Made by a program: the position numbers and the translations under genes | Assembly (NCBI RefSeq): GCF_050920415.1 | Contig: NZ_CP169309.1 | Length of the DNA: 64,000 nt | From: Escherichia coli | GTDB taxonomy: Bacteria; Pseudomonadota; Gammaproteobacteria; Enterobacterales; Enterobacteriaceae | Strand: one strand, 5' to 3' | The notes under the pieces: generated by a model | The model's database searches: none | The model's input: the letters and a program-made list of their open reading frames with translations, nothing else | Told to the model about the DNA's origin: nothing | In this document: in pieces, positions 1 to 11,165 of the stretch | How positions within the stretch are numbered: the stretch's first letter is position 1 | Layout: every line of letters begins with the position of its first letter

Positions 1-2
1 CA

Positions 3-803
3 GAGCAATATCAGAAGCAATTTAATACCGGTAGCCAAACAGCAGATAACTACTACGCTTCCGTTTATTCTGTTGATCAGGGCGTAAAACGCATTCTTGA
101 ACAACTAAAGAAAAACGGACAGTATGACAATACAATTATTCTCTTTACCTCTGATAATGGTGCAGTTATCGATGGTCCTCTGCCGCTGAACGGAGCGCAA
201 AAAGGCTATAAGAGCCAGACTTATCCTGGCGGTACCCATACACCAATGTTTATGTGGTGGAAAGGAAAACTTCCGCCCGGTAATTATGACAAGCTGATTT
301 CCGCAATGGATTTCTACCCGACAGCTCTTGATGCAGCCGATATCAGCATTCCAAAAGAGCTAAAATTGGATGGTGTTTCATTGCTGCCCTGGTTGCAAGA
401 TAAGAAACAAGGTGAGCCACATAAAAATCTGACCTGGATAACATCTTATTCTCACTGGTTTGATGAGGAAAATATTCCCTTCTGGGATAATTACCACAAA
501 TTTGTCCGCCATCAGTCAGACGATTACCCGCATAACCCCAACACCGAAGATTTAAGCCAATTCTCTTATACGGTGAGAAATAACGATTATTCGCTAGTCT
601 ATACAGTAGAAAACAATCAGTTAGGTCTATACAAACTGACAGATCTACAGCAAAAAGATAACATTGCCGCCGCCAATCCGCAGATCGTTAAAGAGATGCA
701 AGGTGTGGTAAGAGAGTTTATCGACAACAGCCAGCCACCGCTTAGCGAGGTAAATCAGGCGAAGTTTAACAATATCAAGAAAGCACTAAGCGAAGCGAAA
801 TAA
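3..803 (+). CDS. ydeN: Sulfatase, C-terminal part (5' end lies outside the window)
   Basis: Open frame from window start in the frame of ORF 246..803; translation contains the sulfatase-type motif TIILFTSDNG; position immediately upstream of ydeM as in E. coli. Confidence 0.8.
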   Translation, partial: EQYQKQFNTGSQTADNYYASVYSVDQGVKRILEQLKKNGQYDNTIILFTSDNGAVIDGPLPLNGAQKGYKSQTYPGGTHTPMFMWWKGKLPPGNYDKLISAMDFYPTALDAADISIPKELKLDGVSLLPWLQDKKQGEPHKNLTWITSYSHWFDEENIPFWDNYHKFVRHQSDDYPHNPNTEDLSQFSYTVRNNDYSLVYTVENNQLGLYKLTDLQQKDNIAAANPQIVKEMQGVVREFIDNSQPPLSEVNQAKFNNIKKALSEAK

Positions 804-854
804 CTAAACCTTCATGCGGCGGATTTTTCCGCCGCCTTATTGAGCGAGATAGCG

Positions 855-2015
855 ATGCACGTTACAGCCAAGCCCTCCAGTTTTCAATGTAATCTCAAAT
901 GTGATTACTGTTTTTACCTTGAAAAAGAGTCGCAGTTTACTCATGAAAAATGGATGGATGACAGCACTCTGAAAGAGTTCATCAAACAATATATCGCAGC
1001 GTCTGGCAATCAGGTCTATTTTACCTGGCAAGGCGGTGAACCCACTCTGGCTGGCCTGGATTTTTTCCGTAAAGTTATTCACTATCAACAACGCTATGCA
1101 GGCCAAAAACGTATTTTTAATGCATTACAAACGAATGGCATTTTATTGAATAATGAATGGTGTGCCTTTCTCAAAGAACATGAGTTTCTGGTTGGTATCT
1201 CGATCGATGGACCCCAGGAGTTACATGACCGTTACAGACGCAGTAATTCGGGTAACGGAACTTTTGCAAAAGTGATAGCAGCCATCGAGCGTCTGAAATC
1301 ATATCAAGTAGAGTTTAATACGTTAACCGTCATTAATAACGTTAATGTCCATTACCCTCTTGAGGTTTATCATTTTTTAAAATCTATCGGCAGTAAACAT
1401 ATGCAATTTATCGAATTGCTCGAAACCGGGACGCCGAATATTGATTTCAGTGGTCATAGTGAGAACACATTCCGTATCATTGATTTTTCTGTGCCTCCTA
1501 CGGCTTATGGCAAGTTTATGTCAACCATTTTTATGCAATGGGTTAAAAACGATGTGGGTGAAATTTTCATCCGTCAGTTTGAAAGCTTTGTCAGCCGTTT
1601 TTTGGGGAATGGGCATACCAGTTGTATTTTCCAGGAGTCCTGCAAGGATAATCTGGTTGTTGAAAGTAATGGAGACATTTACGAATGCGACCATTTTGTC
1701 TATCCACAGTACAAAATCGGAAACATTAATAAATCGGAACTCAAAACGATGAACAGTGTACAGCTGACAGCGCAAAAAAAACGGATTTCAGCGAAATGTC
1801 AGCAATGTGTATATAAACCTATCTGCAATGGTGGTTGCCCTAAACATCGTATTACTAAAGTAAACAATGAAACTGTTTCCTATTTTTGCGAAGGTTATAA
1901 AATCCTTTTTTCAACCATGGTGCCTTATATGAACGCCATGGTGGAGTTAGCTAAGAACAGAGTTCCGCTTTACCACATTATGGATGTTGCAAAACAAATG
2001 GAGAATAATAAATAA
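855..2015 (+). CDS. ydeM: Radical SAM anaerobic sulfatase-maturating enzyme homolog
   Basis: ORF 840..2015; CxxxCxxC motif ([10 protein letters not shown]) near N-terminus and C-terminal Cys cluster; likely true start is ATG at 855 (MHVTAK) rather than TTG at 840. Confidence 0.85.
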   Translation: MHVTAKPSSFQCNLKCDYCFYLEKESQFTHEKWMDDSTLKEFIKQYIAASGNQVYFTWQGGEPTLAGLDFFRKVIHYQQRYAGQKRIFNALQTNGILLNNEWCAFLKEHEFLVGISIDGPQELHDRYRRSNSGNGTFAKVIAAIERLKSYQVEFNTLTVINNVNVHYPLEVYHFLKSIGSKHMQFIELLETGTPNIDFSGHSENTFRIIDFSVPPTAYGKFMSTIFMQWVKNDVGEIFIRQFESFVSRFLGNGHTSCIFQESCKDNLVVESNGDIYECDHFVYPQYKIGNINKSELKTMNSVQLTAQKKRISAKCQQCVYKPICNGGCPKHRITKVNNETVSYFCEGYKILFSTMVPYMNAMVELAKNRVPLYHIMDVAKQMENNK

Positions 2016-2278
2016 CGCACTCTATTAGCTTCAGTCTTAGCCTCCTTCTTATGAACTTAACAAGGCACCCGACATAACTTCCTGTCGGGTGTTTCGTCTT
2101 CATCATCTTCCCGTGCGAAGTAAGAGCTTAAATCCTGGCTTACGAGGTATGCGTCAGGGCATTAGCAATACTCTTGATTATCAATAGCATAACCATAACC
2201 ACTGAAAATGAAATATTTCTTTATATTTCATATTGTTAAATGATACTTAAATAAATTTCATCAGTAAATCATTGCCAT

Positions 2279-2329
2279 AGATAATCATTGAATGGCACAA
2301 TCAATTTTCGCTAATGATAACCATTCCCA
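2279..2329. promoter_or_regulatory. Candidate Fur-box-like motifs (GATAATCATTGAAT and AATGATAACCATT) at the yddA 5' end
   Basis: Two close matches to the Fur consensus GATAATGATAATCATTATC read directly in the sequence; the second overlaps the annotated yddA ATG at 2314. Confidence 0.4.
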
Positions 2330-3999
2330 TTACGTTTTGTATGTTGATAGCAAAGTATCTCTGTCTGCTGAAGCCCTTTTGGCTGCGTAAGAATAATAAA
2401 ACTTCAGTGTTGTTAATCATTATTATCCTCGCCATGATCCTTGGCGTGGTTAAAATTCAGGTCTGGTTAAACGACTGGAACAATGATTTTTTCAATGCGC
2501 TAAGTCAGAAAGAAACCGATAAACTTTGGCAACTTGTTCTGTGGTTCCCTGCCCTGCTGGGGATCTTTGTATTAATATCCGTAAACAAAACATGGCTAAT
2601 TAAACTACTGACTATTCGCTGGCGCGAATGGTTAACAGATTACTACCTTAATCGCTGGTTTGCAGATAAAAACTACTACTTCACGCAGATCTACGGCGAG
2701 CATAAAAATACAGATAACCCTGACCAACGTATCGCTGAAGACATTCTCTTACTGATCAGCAAAACGCTCAGCCTTTCATTTGGCTTCATCCAGTCACTGA
2801 GCATGCTGGTCACCTTCACCGTTATTCTTTGGCAAAGCGCGGGTACGCTCTCATTCACTGTTAGTGGAACAGAATGGAATATCCATGGGTATATGGTCTA
2901 TACCGTCGCGCTTATTGTGATCGGTGGAACATTATTTACCCATAAGGTTGGAAAACGCATTCGACCACTTAATGTGGAAAAGCAACGTAGCGAAGCGACA
3001 TTTCGAACTAATCTTGTGCAGCATAATAAACAAGCGGAACTGATTGCGCTAAGCAATGCTGAATCTCTACAACGGCAGGAGTTGAGCGACAATTTTCATA
3101 TCATTAAAGAGAACTGGCATCGTTTAATGAATCGCCAGCGGTGGCTTGATTACTGGCAGAATATTTATTCGCGCTCGCTTAGCGTTCTTCCCTACTTTCT
3201 GTTATTGCCGCAGTTTATTAGCGGACAGATCAATCTGGGCGGACTGATGAAATCACGCCAGGCATTTATGCTGGTATCGAACAATTTAAGCTGGTTTATT
3301 TATAAATATGATGAACTTGCTGAACTGGCTGCGGTTATCGATCGCTTGTATGAGTTCCATCAACTCACCGAACAGCGCCCTACGAATAAGCCTAAAAATT
3401 GCCAACATGCGGTACAAGTGGCTGACGCGAGTATTCGTACTCCTGATAATAAGATCATATTAGAGAACCTGAACTTTCATGTTTCGCCAGGCAAATGGCT
3501 ATTGCTGAAAGGTTACTCTGGTGCGGGAAAAACCACACTGCTTAAAACATTATCCCACTGCTGGCCGTGGTTTAAAGGTGATATTTCTTCTCCTGCTGAC
3601 AGTTGGTATGTGTCACAAACACCGTTAATCAAAACCGGCTTACTGAAAGAGATTATTTGTAAAGCACTTCCCCTGTCCGTAGACGATAAATCGTTGAGCG
3701 AAGTACTGCATCAGGTTGGTCTGGGGAAATTGGCTGCGCGTATTCATGATCACGATCGCTGGGGAGATATTCTTTCCAGCGGCGAAAAACAACGTATCGC
3801 CCTGGCTCGATTAATTTTACGACGTCCGAAATGGATATTTCTTGACGAAACTACCTCTCATCTTGAGGAACAAGAGGCTATCCGCTTACTGCGTTTAGTG
3901 CGTGAAAAACTACCCTCAAGCGGCGTCATTATGGTCACACATCAACCTGGTGTCTGGAGCCTGGCTGATGATATTTGCGACATTAGCGCGGTTTTATAA
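2314..3999 (+). CDS. yddA: ABC transporter (fused permease/ATPase, SbmA/BacA-like membrane domain)
   Basis: 561-aa ORF with Walker A (GYSGAGKTT), ABC signature (LSSGEKQR) and Walker B (IFLDETTS); start could alternatively be ATG 2341. Confidence 0.9.
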   Translation: MITIPITFCMLIAKYLCLLKPFWLRKNNKTSVLLIIIILAMILGVVKIQVWLNDWNNDFFNALSQKETDKLWQLVLWFPALLGIFVLISVNKTWLIKLLTIRWREWLTDYYLNRWFADKNYYFTQIYGEHKNTDNPDQRIAEDILLLISKTLSLSFGFIQSLSMLVTFTVILWQSAGTLSFTVSGTEWNIHGYMVYTVALIVIGGTLFTHKVGKRIRPLNVEKQRSEATFRTNLVQHNKQAELIALSNAESLQRQELSDNFHIIKENWHRLMNRQRWLDYWQNIYSRSLSVLPYFLLLPQFISGQINLGGLMKSRQAFMLVSNNLSWFIYKYDELAELAAVIDRLYEFHQLTEQRPTNKPKNCQHAVQVADASIRTPDNKIILENLNFHVSPGKWLLLKGYSGAGKTTLLKTLSHCWPWFKGDISSPADSWYVSQTPLIKTGLLKEIICKALPLSVDDKSLSEVLHQVGLGKLAARIHDHDRWGDILSSGEKQRIALARLILRRPKWIFLDETTSHLEEQEAIRLLRLVREKLPSSGVIMVTHQPGVWSLADDICDISAVL

Positions 4000-4036
4000 A
4001 AACAATAAAAGCCCTGCTGTACGGAGATAAAAATAA

Positions 4037-6409
4037 ATGAAGCGAGTTCTTATTCCTGGCGTCATTTTATGTGGCGCTGATGTAGCGCAGGCCGTCGATG
4101 ACAAAAATATGTACATGCATGTTTTTGAAGAGATGACGGTCTATGCTCCTGTCCCTGTACCCGTAAACGGCAACACGCATTACACCAGTGAAAGCATCGA
4201 GCGTTTACCGACCGGGAATGGCAATATCAGCGATCTGCTGAGAACCAACCCTGCGGTACGCATGGATTCAACGCAAAGTACCTCATTGAACCAGGGAGAT
4301 ATTCGCCCGGAGAAAATCTCTATTCACGGTGCGTCGCCCTACCAGAATGCCTATTTGATTGACGGTATTAGTGCAACGAATAACCTGAACCCAGCGAATG
4401 AGTCCGATGCCAGTAGTGCAACCAATATTAGCGGGATGTCACAGGGGTATTATCTTGATGTCAGCTTACTGGACAATGTGACGCTTTATGACAGTTTTGT
4501 GCCGGTTGAATTTGGCCGCTTCAATGGCGGGGTAATTGATGCAAAGATCAAACGCTTCAACGCTGATGATAGCAGCGTGAAACTGGGTTATCGCACTACG
4601 CGTTCGGACTGGTTAACATCGCATATCGATGAGAATAACAAGAGCGCATTTAATCAAGGTTCTTCAGGAAGTACTTATTACTCTCCAGATTTTAAAAAGA
4701 ACTTTTATACCTTGTCGTTTAATCAGGAACTCGCTGATAACTTTGGCGTTACCGCCGGTTTATCGCGCCGCCAGTCTGATATCATCCGCGCGGATTATGT
4801 TTCGAATGACGGCATTGTCGCCGGCAGGGCACAGTATAAAAACGTTATCGATACTGCATTGAGCAAATTTACCTGGTTTGCCAGCGACCGCTTTACCCAC
4901 GATTTAACCTTAAAATATACCGGCTCCAGCCGTGATTATAATACCAGCACCTTCCCGGAGTCTGATCGCGAAATGGGTAATAAATCCTATGGTCTGGCAT
5001 GGGATATGGATACCCAGCTCGCATGGGCCAAACTGCGTACCACCGTTGGTTGGGATCATATTAGTGATTATACCCGTCACGATCATGACATCTGGTACAC
5101 CGAACTTTCATGTACATATGGTGATATTTCAGGGCGTTGCACTCGTGGCGGATTAGGACACATTTCCCAGGCTGTAGATAATTACACCTTCAAAACACGC
5201 CTTGACTGGCAAAAATTCGCCGTGGGTAATGTTTCGCATCAACCCTACTTCGGCGCGGAATACATCTATTCCGATGCATGGACTGAACGCCATAACCAGT
5301 CTGAATCCTATGTGATTAATGCTGCCGGAAAGAAAACTAACCATACCATTTACCATAAAGGTAAAGGCAGCCTGGGAATAGACAATTACACGCTGTATAT
5401 GGCGGATCGCATTAACTGGCGTAATGTGTCGTTAATGCCCGGCGTGCGGTATGACTATGATAACTATCTGTCAAACCACAATATCTCCCCGCGCTTTATG
5501 ACGGAATGGGATATTTTTGCTGATCAAACCTCAATGATTACCGCAGGTTATAACCGTTACTATGGCGGGAATATTCTTGATATGGGATTACGTGATATCC
5601 GCAATAGCTGGACGGAATCGGTATCAGGCAATAAAACCCTGACGCGTTATCAGGATTTGAAAACGCCTTATAACGATGAACTGGCAATGGGATTGCAGCA
5701 AAAAATCGGTAAGAACGTTATTGCGCGCGCAAACTATGTTTACCGTGAAGCGCATGATCAAATCAGCAAAAGCAGTCGTACCGACAGCGCGACTAAAACC
5801 ACCATTACTGAATATAACAACGACGGTAAAACCAAAACGCATTCGTTCAACCTCAGTTTTGAACTGGCCGAACCCCTGCATATCAGCCAGGTAGATATTA
5901 ACCCGCAAGTTGTCTTTAGCTATATCAAGAGCAAGGGCAACTTATCGTTGAACAATGGTTATGAGGAGAGCAATACCGGTGATAACCAGGTGGTCTATAA
6001 CGGTAATCTGGTTTCTTACGATAGCGTTCCGGTGGCAGATTTTAATAATCCATTAAAGATCTCCTTAAACATGGATTTCACACATCAACCGAGCGGATTG
6101 GTGTGGGCGAATACGCTGGCCTGGCAAGAAGCGCGTAAAGCTCGCATTATCCTCGGTAAAACGAATGCGCAATACATTAGCGAATATTCAGATTACAAAC
6201 AGTATGTTGATGAAAAACTGGATAGCAGCCTGACCTGGGACACCCGCTTGTCCTGGACGCCACAATTTCTGAAACAACAAAACCTGACGATCAGTGCCGA
6301 TATTCTCAATGTACTGGATAGCAAAACCGCTGTTGATACAACGAATACCGGCGTGGCGACCTACGCCAGTGGCCGTACTTTCTGGCTTGATGTCAGCATG
6401 AAATTTTAA
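4037..6409 (+). CDS. yddB: TonB-dependent outer membrane receptor
   Basis: 790-aa ORF, N-terminal signal peptide, C-terminal ...WLDVSMKF beta-barrel terminus; synteny yddA-yddB-pqqL. Confidence 0.9.
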   Translation: MKRVLIPGVILCGADVAQAVDDKNMYMHVFEEMTVYAPVPVPVNGNTHYTSESIERLPTGNGNISDLLRTNPAVRMDSTQSTSLNQGDIRPEKISIHGASPYQNAYLIDGISATNNLNPANESDASSATNISGMSQGYYLDVSLLDNVTLYDSFVPVEFGRFNGGVIDAKIKRFNADDSSVKLGYRTTRSDWLTSHIDENNKSAFNQGSSGSTYYSPDFKKNFYTLSFNQELADNFGVTAGLSRRQSDIIRADYVSNDGIVAGRAQYKNVIDTALSKFTWFASDRFTHDLTLKYTGSSRDYNTSTFPESDREMGNKSYGLAWDMDTQLAWAKLRTTVGWDHISDYTRHDHDIWYTELSCTYGDISGRCTRGGLGHISQAVDNYTFKTRLDWQKFAVGNVSHQPYFGAEYIYSDAWTERHNQSESYVINAAGKKTNHTIYHKGKGSLGIDNYTLYMADRINWRNVSLMPGVRYDYDNYLSNHNISPRFMTEWDIFADQTSMITAGYNRYYGGNILDMGLRDIRNSWTESVSGNKTLTRYQDLKTPYNDELAMGLQQKIGKNVIARANYVYREAHDQISKSSRTDSATKTTITEYNNDGKTKTHSFNLSFELAEPLHISQVDINPQVVFSYIKSKGNLSLNNGYEESNTGDNQVVYNGNLVSYDSVPVADFNNPLKISLNMDFTHQPSGLVWANTLAWQEARKARIILGKTNAQYISEYSDYKQYVDEKLDSSLTWDTRLSWTPQFLKQQNLTISADILNVLDSKTAVDTTNTGVATYASGRTFWLDVSMKF

Positions 6410-6453
6410 TAGTTCGGATTTTACTTAACCGGGTAAATTCGCCCGGTTTTCGC

Positions 6454-9249
6454 ATGGAGATAATTATGAGAAACCTCTGTTTCTTACTGACGTTAGTGGC
6501 AACTCTGTTGCTCCCCGGGCGACTGATTGCCGCCGCCTTACCGCAGGATGAAAAGTTAATTACCGGGCAACTGGACAATGGCTTGCGATACATGATTTAT
6601 CCGCATGCTCAACCAAAGGATCAGGTAAATTTATGGCTGCAAATTCATACCGGTTCATTGCAGGAAGAAGACAATGAGCGCGGTGTGGCTCATTTTGTAG
6701 AACATATGATGTTTAACGGCACAAAAACATGGCCGGGTAATAAAGTCATCGAAACATTTGAGTCAATGGGCCTGCGTTTTGGTCGCGATGTTAATGCCTA
6801 TACCAGCTATGACGAAACGGTGTACCAAGTAAGTTTGCCGACTACGCAGAAACAAAATCTGCAACAAGTGATGGCAATCTTCAGTGAATGGAGTAATGCC
6901 GCAACCTTTGAGAAACTTGAAGTAGACGCTGAACGCGGCGTAATTACTGAGGAATGGCGTGCATATCAGGATGCGAAATGGCGTACATCTCAGGCGCGCC
7001 GCCCTTTTCTTTTGGCAAATACACGTAATTTAGACCGTGAACCTATCGGCCTGATGGATACTGTTGCCACAGTCACACCGGCACAATTGCGCCAGTTTTA
7101 TCAACGCTGGTATCAACCCAATAATATGACCTTTATTGTGGTCGGCGATATCGACAGTAAAGAAGCGCTGGCGCTGATAAAGGATAATTTAAGTAAGCTC
7201 CCGGCTAACAAAGCAGCTGAAAATCGCGTCTGGCCGACAAAAGCCGAAAACCACCTGCGCTTTAATATCATTAATGATAAAGAAAACCGGGTGAACGGCA
7301 TCGCACTCTATTATCGCCTGCCAATGGTGCAAGTGAGCGATGAGCAAAGCTTTATCGAACAAGCTGAATGGAGCATGTTGGTTCAGCTGTTCAATCAACG
7401 TCTGCAGGAACGTATACAGTCGGGCGAGTTGAAGACTATTTCTGGTGGCACTGCGCGCAGCGTTAAAATTGCACCCGATTATCAGTCGCTGTTTTTCCGT
7501 GTAAATGCACGTGACAATAATATGCAGGATGCTGCGAATGCATTAATGGCAGAGTTGGCAACCCTCGATCAACATGGTTTTTCTGCTGAAGAACTCGACG
7601 ATGTTAAAACTACCCGCCTAACCTGGCTGAAAAATGCGGTTGATCAGCAAGCTGAACGCGATTTACGTATGCTGACCAGTCGCCTGGCGTCCAGCTCGTT
7701 AAATAATACGCCGTTCTTGTCGCCGGAAGAGACATACCAACTTTCGAAACGTCTGTGGCCGCAAATTACCGTGCAAAGTCTGGCGGAAAAATGGCAGCAG
7801 CTAAGAAAGAACCAGGACGCATTTTGGGAGCAAATGGTGAATAACGAGGTTGCAGCCAACAAAGCATTATCTCCTGCGGCTATCCTGGCGCTGGAAAAAG
7901 AGTACGCCAACAAAAAGCTGGCAGCTTACATCTTCCCTGGCAGAAATTTATCGTTAACAGTAGACGCTGACCCACAGGCGGAAATTAGCAGTAAAGAAAC
8001 ACTGGCTGAGAATCTGACATCATTAACACTTTCTAATGGTGCCAGGGTTATTCTGGCAAAATCAGCGGGTGAAGAGCAAAAGCTACAAATTATTGCCGTA
8101 TCTAATAAAGGTGATTTAAGTTTCCCTGCGCAGCAAAAATCACTTATCGCGCTGGCAAATAAAGCGGTGAGTGGCAGCGGCGTTGGTGATCTCTCCTCTT
8201 CCAGCCTGAAACGCTGGAGTGCGGAAAACTCGGTAACCATGAGCAGCAAAGTCAGTGGGCTGAATACGTTGCTCTCCGTGAGCGCGCGGGCTAATAATCC
8301 TGAACCTGGTTTCCAGTTGATTAACCAGCGAATCACTCACAGCACGATTAATGACAATATTTGGGCATCGCTACAAAATGCTCAAATTCAGGCGTTGAAA
8401 ACGCTCGACCAGCGTCCAGCAGAGAAATTCGCCCAGCAGATGTATGAGAAGCGCTATGCTGATGACCGTACGAAATTACTGCAAGAAAAACAGATTGCAC
8501 AATTTACTGCCGCAGACGCGCTGGCAGCCGATCGCCAGTTATTTTCATCTCCAGCGGATATCACGTTTGTCGTTGTCGGTAATGTCGCAGAAGACAAACT
8601 TCTGCCGTTAATTACGCGTTACTTAGGATCAATAAAACACTCTGATTCGCCATTAGCCGCAGGTAAACCATTAACTCGCGCGACGGACAACGCATCGGTT
8701 ACAGTAAAAGAACAAAATGAACCTGTGGCACAGGTTTCACAGTGGAATCGTTATGATTCCCGGACACCTGTAAATCTGGAGACGCGTATGGCGCTGGATG
8801 CCTTTAACGTTGCCCTGGCTAAAGATCTGCGCATTAATATTCGTGAACAGGCATCTGGGGCATACAGCGTTTCTTCTCGCCTCTCGGTTGATCCTCAGGC
8901 CAAAGATATCACCCATTTGCTGGCTTTTACTTGTCAACCAGAACGGCATGAAGAACTGTTAGCGTTAGCGAATGAAGTGATGGTTAAGCGTCTGGCTAAA
9001 GGGATCAGAAAGCAAGAACTGAACGAATACCAGCAAAACGTTCAGCGTAGCCTCGATATCCAACAGCGTAGCGTTCAACAATTAGCGAACACCATTGTAA
9101 ATAGTCTTATTCAATATGACGATCCTGCCGCATGGACTGCGCAGGAGCAATTATTGAAACAAATGACGGTAGATAATGTTAACACTACGGTTAAACAATA
9201 TCTTTCTCATCCGGTGAATACCTTTACCGGAGTATTACTACCAAAATAA
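6454..9249 (+). CDS. pqqL: Periplasmic M16 (pitrilysin-family) zinc peptidase
   Basis: 931-aa ORF with signal peptide and inverted zinc-binding motif HFVEH (HxxEH). Confidence 0.9.
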   Translation: MEIIMRNLCFLLTLVATLLLPGRLIAAALPQDEKLITGQLDNGLRYMIYPHAQPKDQVNLWLQIHTGSLQEEDNERGVAHFVEHMMFNGTKTWPGNKVIETFESMGLRFGRDVNAYTSYDETVYQVSLPTTQKQNLQQVMAIFSEWSNAATFEKLEVDAERGVITEEWRAYQDAKWRTSQARRPFLLANTRNLDREPIGLMDTVATVTPAQLRQFYQRWYQPNNMTFIVVGDIDSKEALALIKDNLSKLPANKAAENRVWPTKAENHLRFNIINDKENRVNGIALYYRLPMVQVSDEQSFIEQAEWSMLVQLFNQRLQERIQSGELKTISGGTARSVKIAPDYQSLFFRVNARDNNMQDAANALMAELATLDQHGFSAEELDDVKTTRLTWLKNAVDQQAERDLRMLTSRLASSSLNNTPFLSPEETYQLSKRLWPQITVQSLAEKWQQLRKNQDAFWEQMVNNEVAANKALSPAAILALEKEYANKKLAAYIFPGRNLSLTVDADPQAEISSKETLAENLTSLTLSNGARVILAKSAGEEQKLQIIAVSNKGDLSFPAQQKSLIALANKAVSGSGVGDLSSSSLKRWSAENSVTMSSKVSGLNTLLSVSARANNPEPGFQLINQRITHSTINDNIWASLQNAQIQALKTLDQRPAEKFAQQMYEKRYADDRTKLLQEKQIAQFTAADALAADRQLFSSPADITFVVVGNVAEDKLLPLITRYLGSIKHSDSPLAAGKPLTRATDNASVTVKEQNEPVAQVSQWNRYDSRTPVNLETRMALDAFNVALAKDLRINIREQASGAYSVSSRLSVDPQAKDITHLLAFTCQPERHEELLALANEVMVKRLAKGIRKQELNEYQQNVQRSLDIQQRSVQQLANTIVNSLIQYDDPAAWTAQEQLLKQMTVDNVNTTVKQYLSHPVNTFTGVLLPK

Positions 9250-9255
9250 TGACGT

Positions 9256-9286
9256 CCCCCGTCAACATATCGTTGGCGGGGGTTTT
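9256..9286 (+). terminator. Rho-independent terminator after pqqL
   Basis: GC-rich hairpin CCCCCGTCAAC...GTTGGCGGGGG followed by TTTT. Confidence 0.6.
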
Positions 9287-9510
9287 AGCAACAGACGTTA
9301 TTTTATATAATAATTTTATGAATGCGTTCAAAATAACAACCGAGTACTAATAATGATATTTTAAGGGCTAATTTTTATGTGATAATTCACCAGAGTTAGA
9401 AAGCGCGTCAAAATAATGACATACAACACCACACTACAATCCATAACACCCTACGCTATTGTTTTTTAACGTAAATATATTTTTCCCATAATATCTCACG
9501 ATAAATAACA

Positions 9511-9530
9511 TTAGGATTTTGTTATTTAAA
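9511..9530 (+). promoter_or_regulatory. GAD box (GadE/GadX/GadW binding site) upstream of gadB
   Basis: Exact match to the 20-bp GAD box TTAGGATTTTGTTATTTAAA, about 80 bp upstream of the gadB ATG. Confidence 0.75.
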
Positions 9531-9609
9531 CACAAGACCTTTGCACTTGCTTACTTTATCGATAAATCCTACTTTTTTAATGCGATCCAATCATTTTAAG
9601 GAGTTTAAA

Positions 9610-11010
9610 ATGGATAAGAAGCAAGTAACGGATTTAAGGTCGGAATTACTCGATTCACGTTTTGGCGCTAAGTCTATTTCCACTATTGCAGAATCAAAAC
9701 GATTTCCGCTGCACGAAATGCGCGATGATGTCGCATTCCAGATTATCAATGATGAGTTATATCTTGATGGCAACGCTCGTCAGAATCTGGCAACGTTCTG
9801 CCAGACCTGGGACGACGAAAATGTCCATAAGTTGATGGATTTATCCATTAACAAAAACTGGATCGACAAAGAAGAATATCCGCAATCTGCAGCAATCGAT
9901 CTGCGTTGCGTAAACATGGTTGCCGATCTGTGGCATGCGCCTGCACCGAAAAATGGTCAGGCCGTTGGCACCAACACCATTGGTTCTTCCGAGGCCTGTA
10001 TGCTCGGCGGGATGGCGATGAAATGGCGTTGGCGCAAGCGTATGGAAGCTGCAGGTAAGCCGACTAACAAACCGAACCTGGTGTGCGGTCCGGTACAAAT
10101 CTGCTGGCATAAATTCGCCCGCTACTGGGATGTGGAGTTGCGTGAGATCCCTATGCGCCCCGGTCAGTTGTTTATGGACCCGAAACGCATGATTGAAGCC
10201 TGCGACGAAAACACTATCGGCGTGGTGCCGACTTTCGGCGTGACCTATACCGGTAACTATGAGTTCCCGCAACCGCTGCACGATGCACTGGATAAATTCC
10301 AGGCCGACACCGGTATCGACATCGACATGCACATCGACGCCGCCAGCGGTGGCTTCCTGGCACCGTTCGTCGCCCCGGATATCGTCTGGGACTTCCGCCT
10401 GCCGCGTGTGAAATCGATCAGTGCTTCAGGCCACAAATTCGGTCTGGCTCCGCTGGGCTGCGGCTGGGTTATCTGGCGTGACGAAGAAGCGCTGCCGCAG
10501 GAACTGGTATTCAACGTTGACTACCTCGGTGGTCAGATTGGGACTTTCGCCATCAACTTCTCCCGTCCGGCAGGCCAGGTGATTGCACAATACTATGAGT
10601 TTCTGCGCCTCGGTCGTGAAGGCTATACCAAAGTACAGAACGCCTCCTACCAGGTTGCCGCTTATCTGGCGGATGAAATCGCCAAACTGGGGCCGTATGA
10701 GTTCATCTGTACGGGTCGCCCGGACGAAGGCATCCCGGCGGTTTGCTTCAAACTGAAAGATGGTGAAGATCCGGGATACACCCTGTATGACCTCTCTGAA
10801 CGTCTGCGTCTGCGCGGCTGGCAGGTTCCGGCTTTCACTCTCGGCGGTGAAGCCACTGACATCGTGGTGATGCGCATTATGTGCCGTCGTGGCTTCGAAA
10901 TGGACTTTGCTGAACTGTTGCTGGAAGACTACAAAGCCTCCCTGAAATATCTCAGCGACCACCCGAAACTGCAGGGTATTGCCCAGCAGAACAGCTTTAA
11001 ACACACCTGA
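9610..11010 (+). CDS. gadB: Glutamate decarboxylase beta (PLP-dependent)
   Basis: 466-aa product starting [21 protein letters not shown]; the ORF track's 489-aa version is an upstream extension; RBS GGAG precedes ATG 9610. Confidence 0.95.
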   Translation: MDKKQVTDLRSELLDSRFGAKSISTIAESKRFPLHEMRDDVAFQIINDELYLDGNARQNLATFCQTWDDENVHKLMDLSINKNWIDKEEYPQSAAIDLRCVNMVADLWHAPAPKNGQAVGTNTIGSSEACMLGGMAMKWRWRKRMEAAGKPTNKPNLVCGPVQICWHKFARYWDVELREIPMRPGQLFMDPKRMIEACDENTIGVVPTFGVTYTGNYEFPQPLHDALDKFQADTGIDIDMHIDAASGGFLAPFVAPDIVWDFRLPRVKSISASGHKFGLAPLGCGWVIWRDEEALPQELVFNVDYLGGQIGTFAINFSRPAGQVIAQYYEFLRLGREGYTKVQNASYQVAAYLADEIAKLGPYEFICTGRPDEGIPAVCFKLKDGEDPGYTLYDLSERLRLRGWQVPAFTLGGEATDIVVMRIMCRRGFEMDFAELLLEDYKASLKYLSDHPKLQGIAQQNSFKHT

Positions 11011-11030
11011 TAACGTTGAACGGTAACGGT

Positions 11031-11056
11031 GTCCCGAAACGAACCCGTTTCGGGAC
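11031..11056 (+). other. Perfect stem-loop in the gadB-gadC intergenic region
   Basis: GTCCCGAAACG / AACC / CGTTTCGGGAC, an 11-bp perfect inverted repeat with no following T-run. Confidence 0.6.
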
Positions 11057-11165
11057 AATTTCCAAAGTCTGTTCACTGGCATTAGCAACGGAAAATATTG
11101 TTCTGAATACGCTTCAGAACAAAACAGGTGCGGTTCCGACAGGAATACCGTTTTAGGGGGATAAT

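Noticed and set aside
2314-9249. Treating yddA-yddB-pqqL as a novel undescribed uptake system
   Set aside because: This gene trio is conserved in K-12 and has been discussed in the literature as a protease-associated import system homolog, so it is uncharacterised in detail but not new.
9541-9609. N-terminal extensions of track ORFs (gadB 489 aa, adhP 376 aa, narZ 1287 aa, ddpA 561 aa, maeA 574 aa, fdnI 231 aa, narU 476 aa, dosP 807 aa)
   Set aside because: In each case an internal ATG or GTG with a proper RBS reproduces the known protein N-terminus and length; the extensions run through intergenic or upstream-gene sequence.
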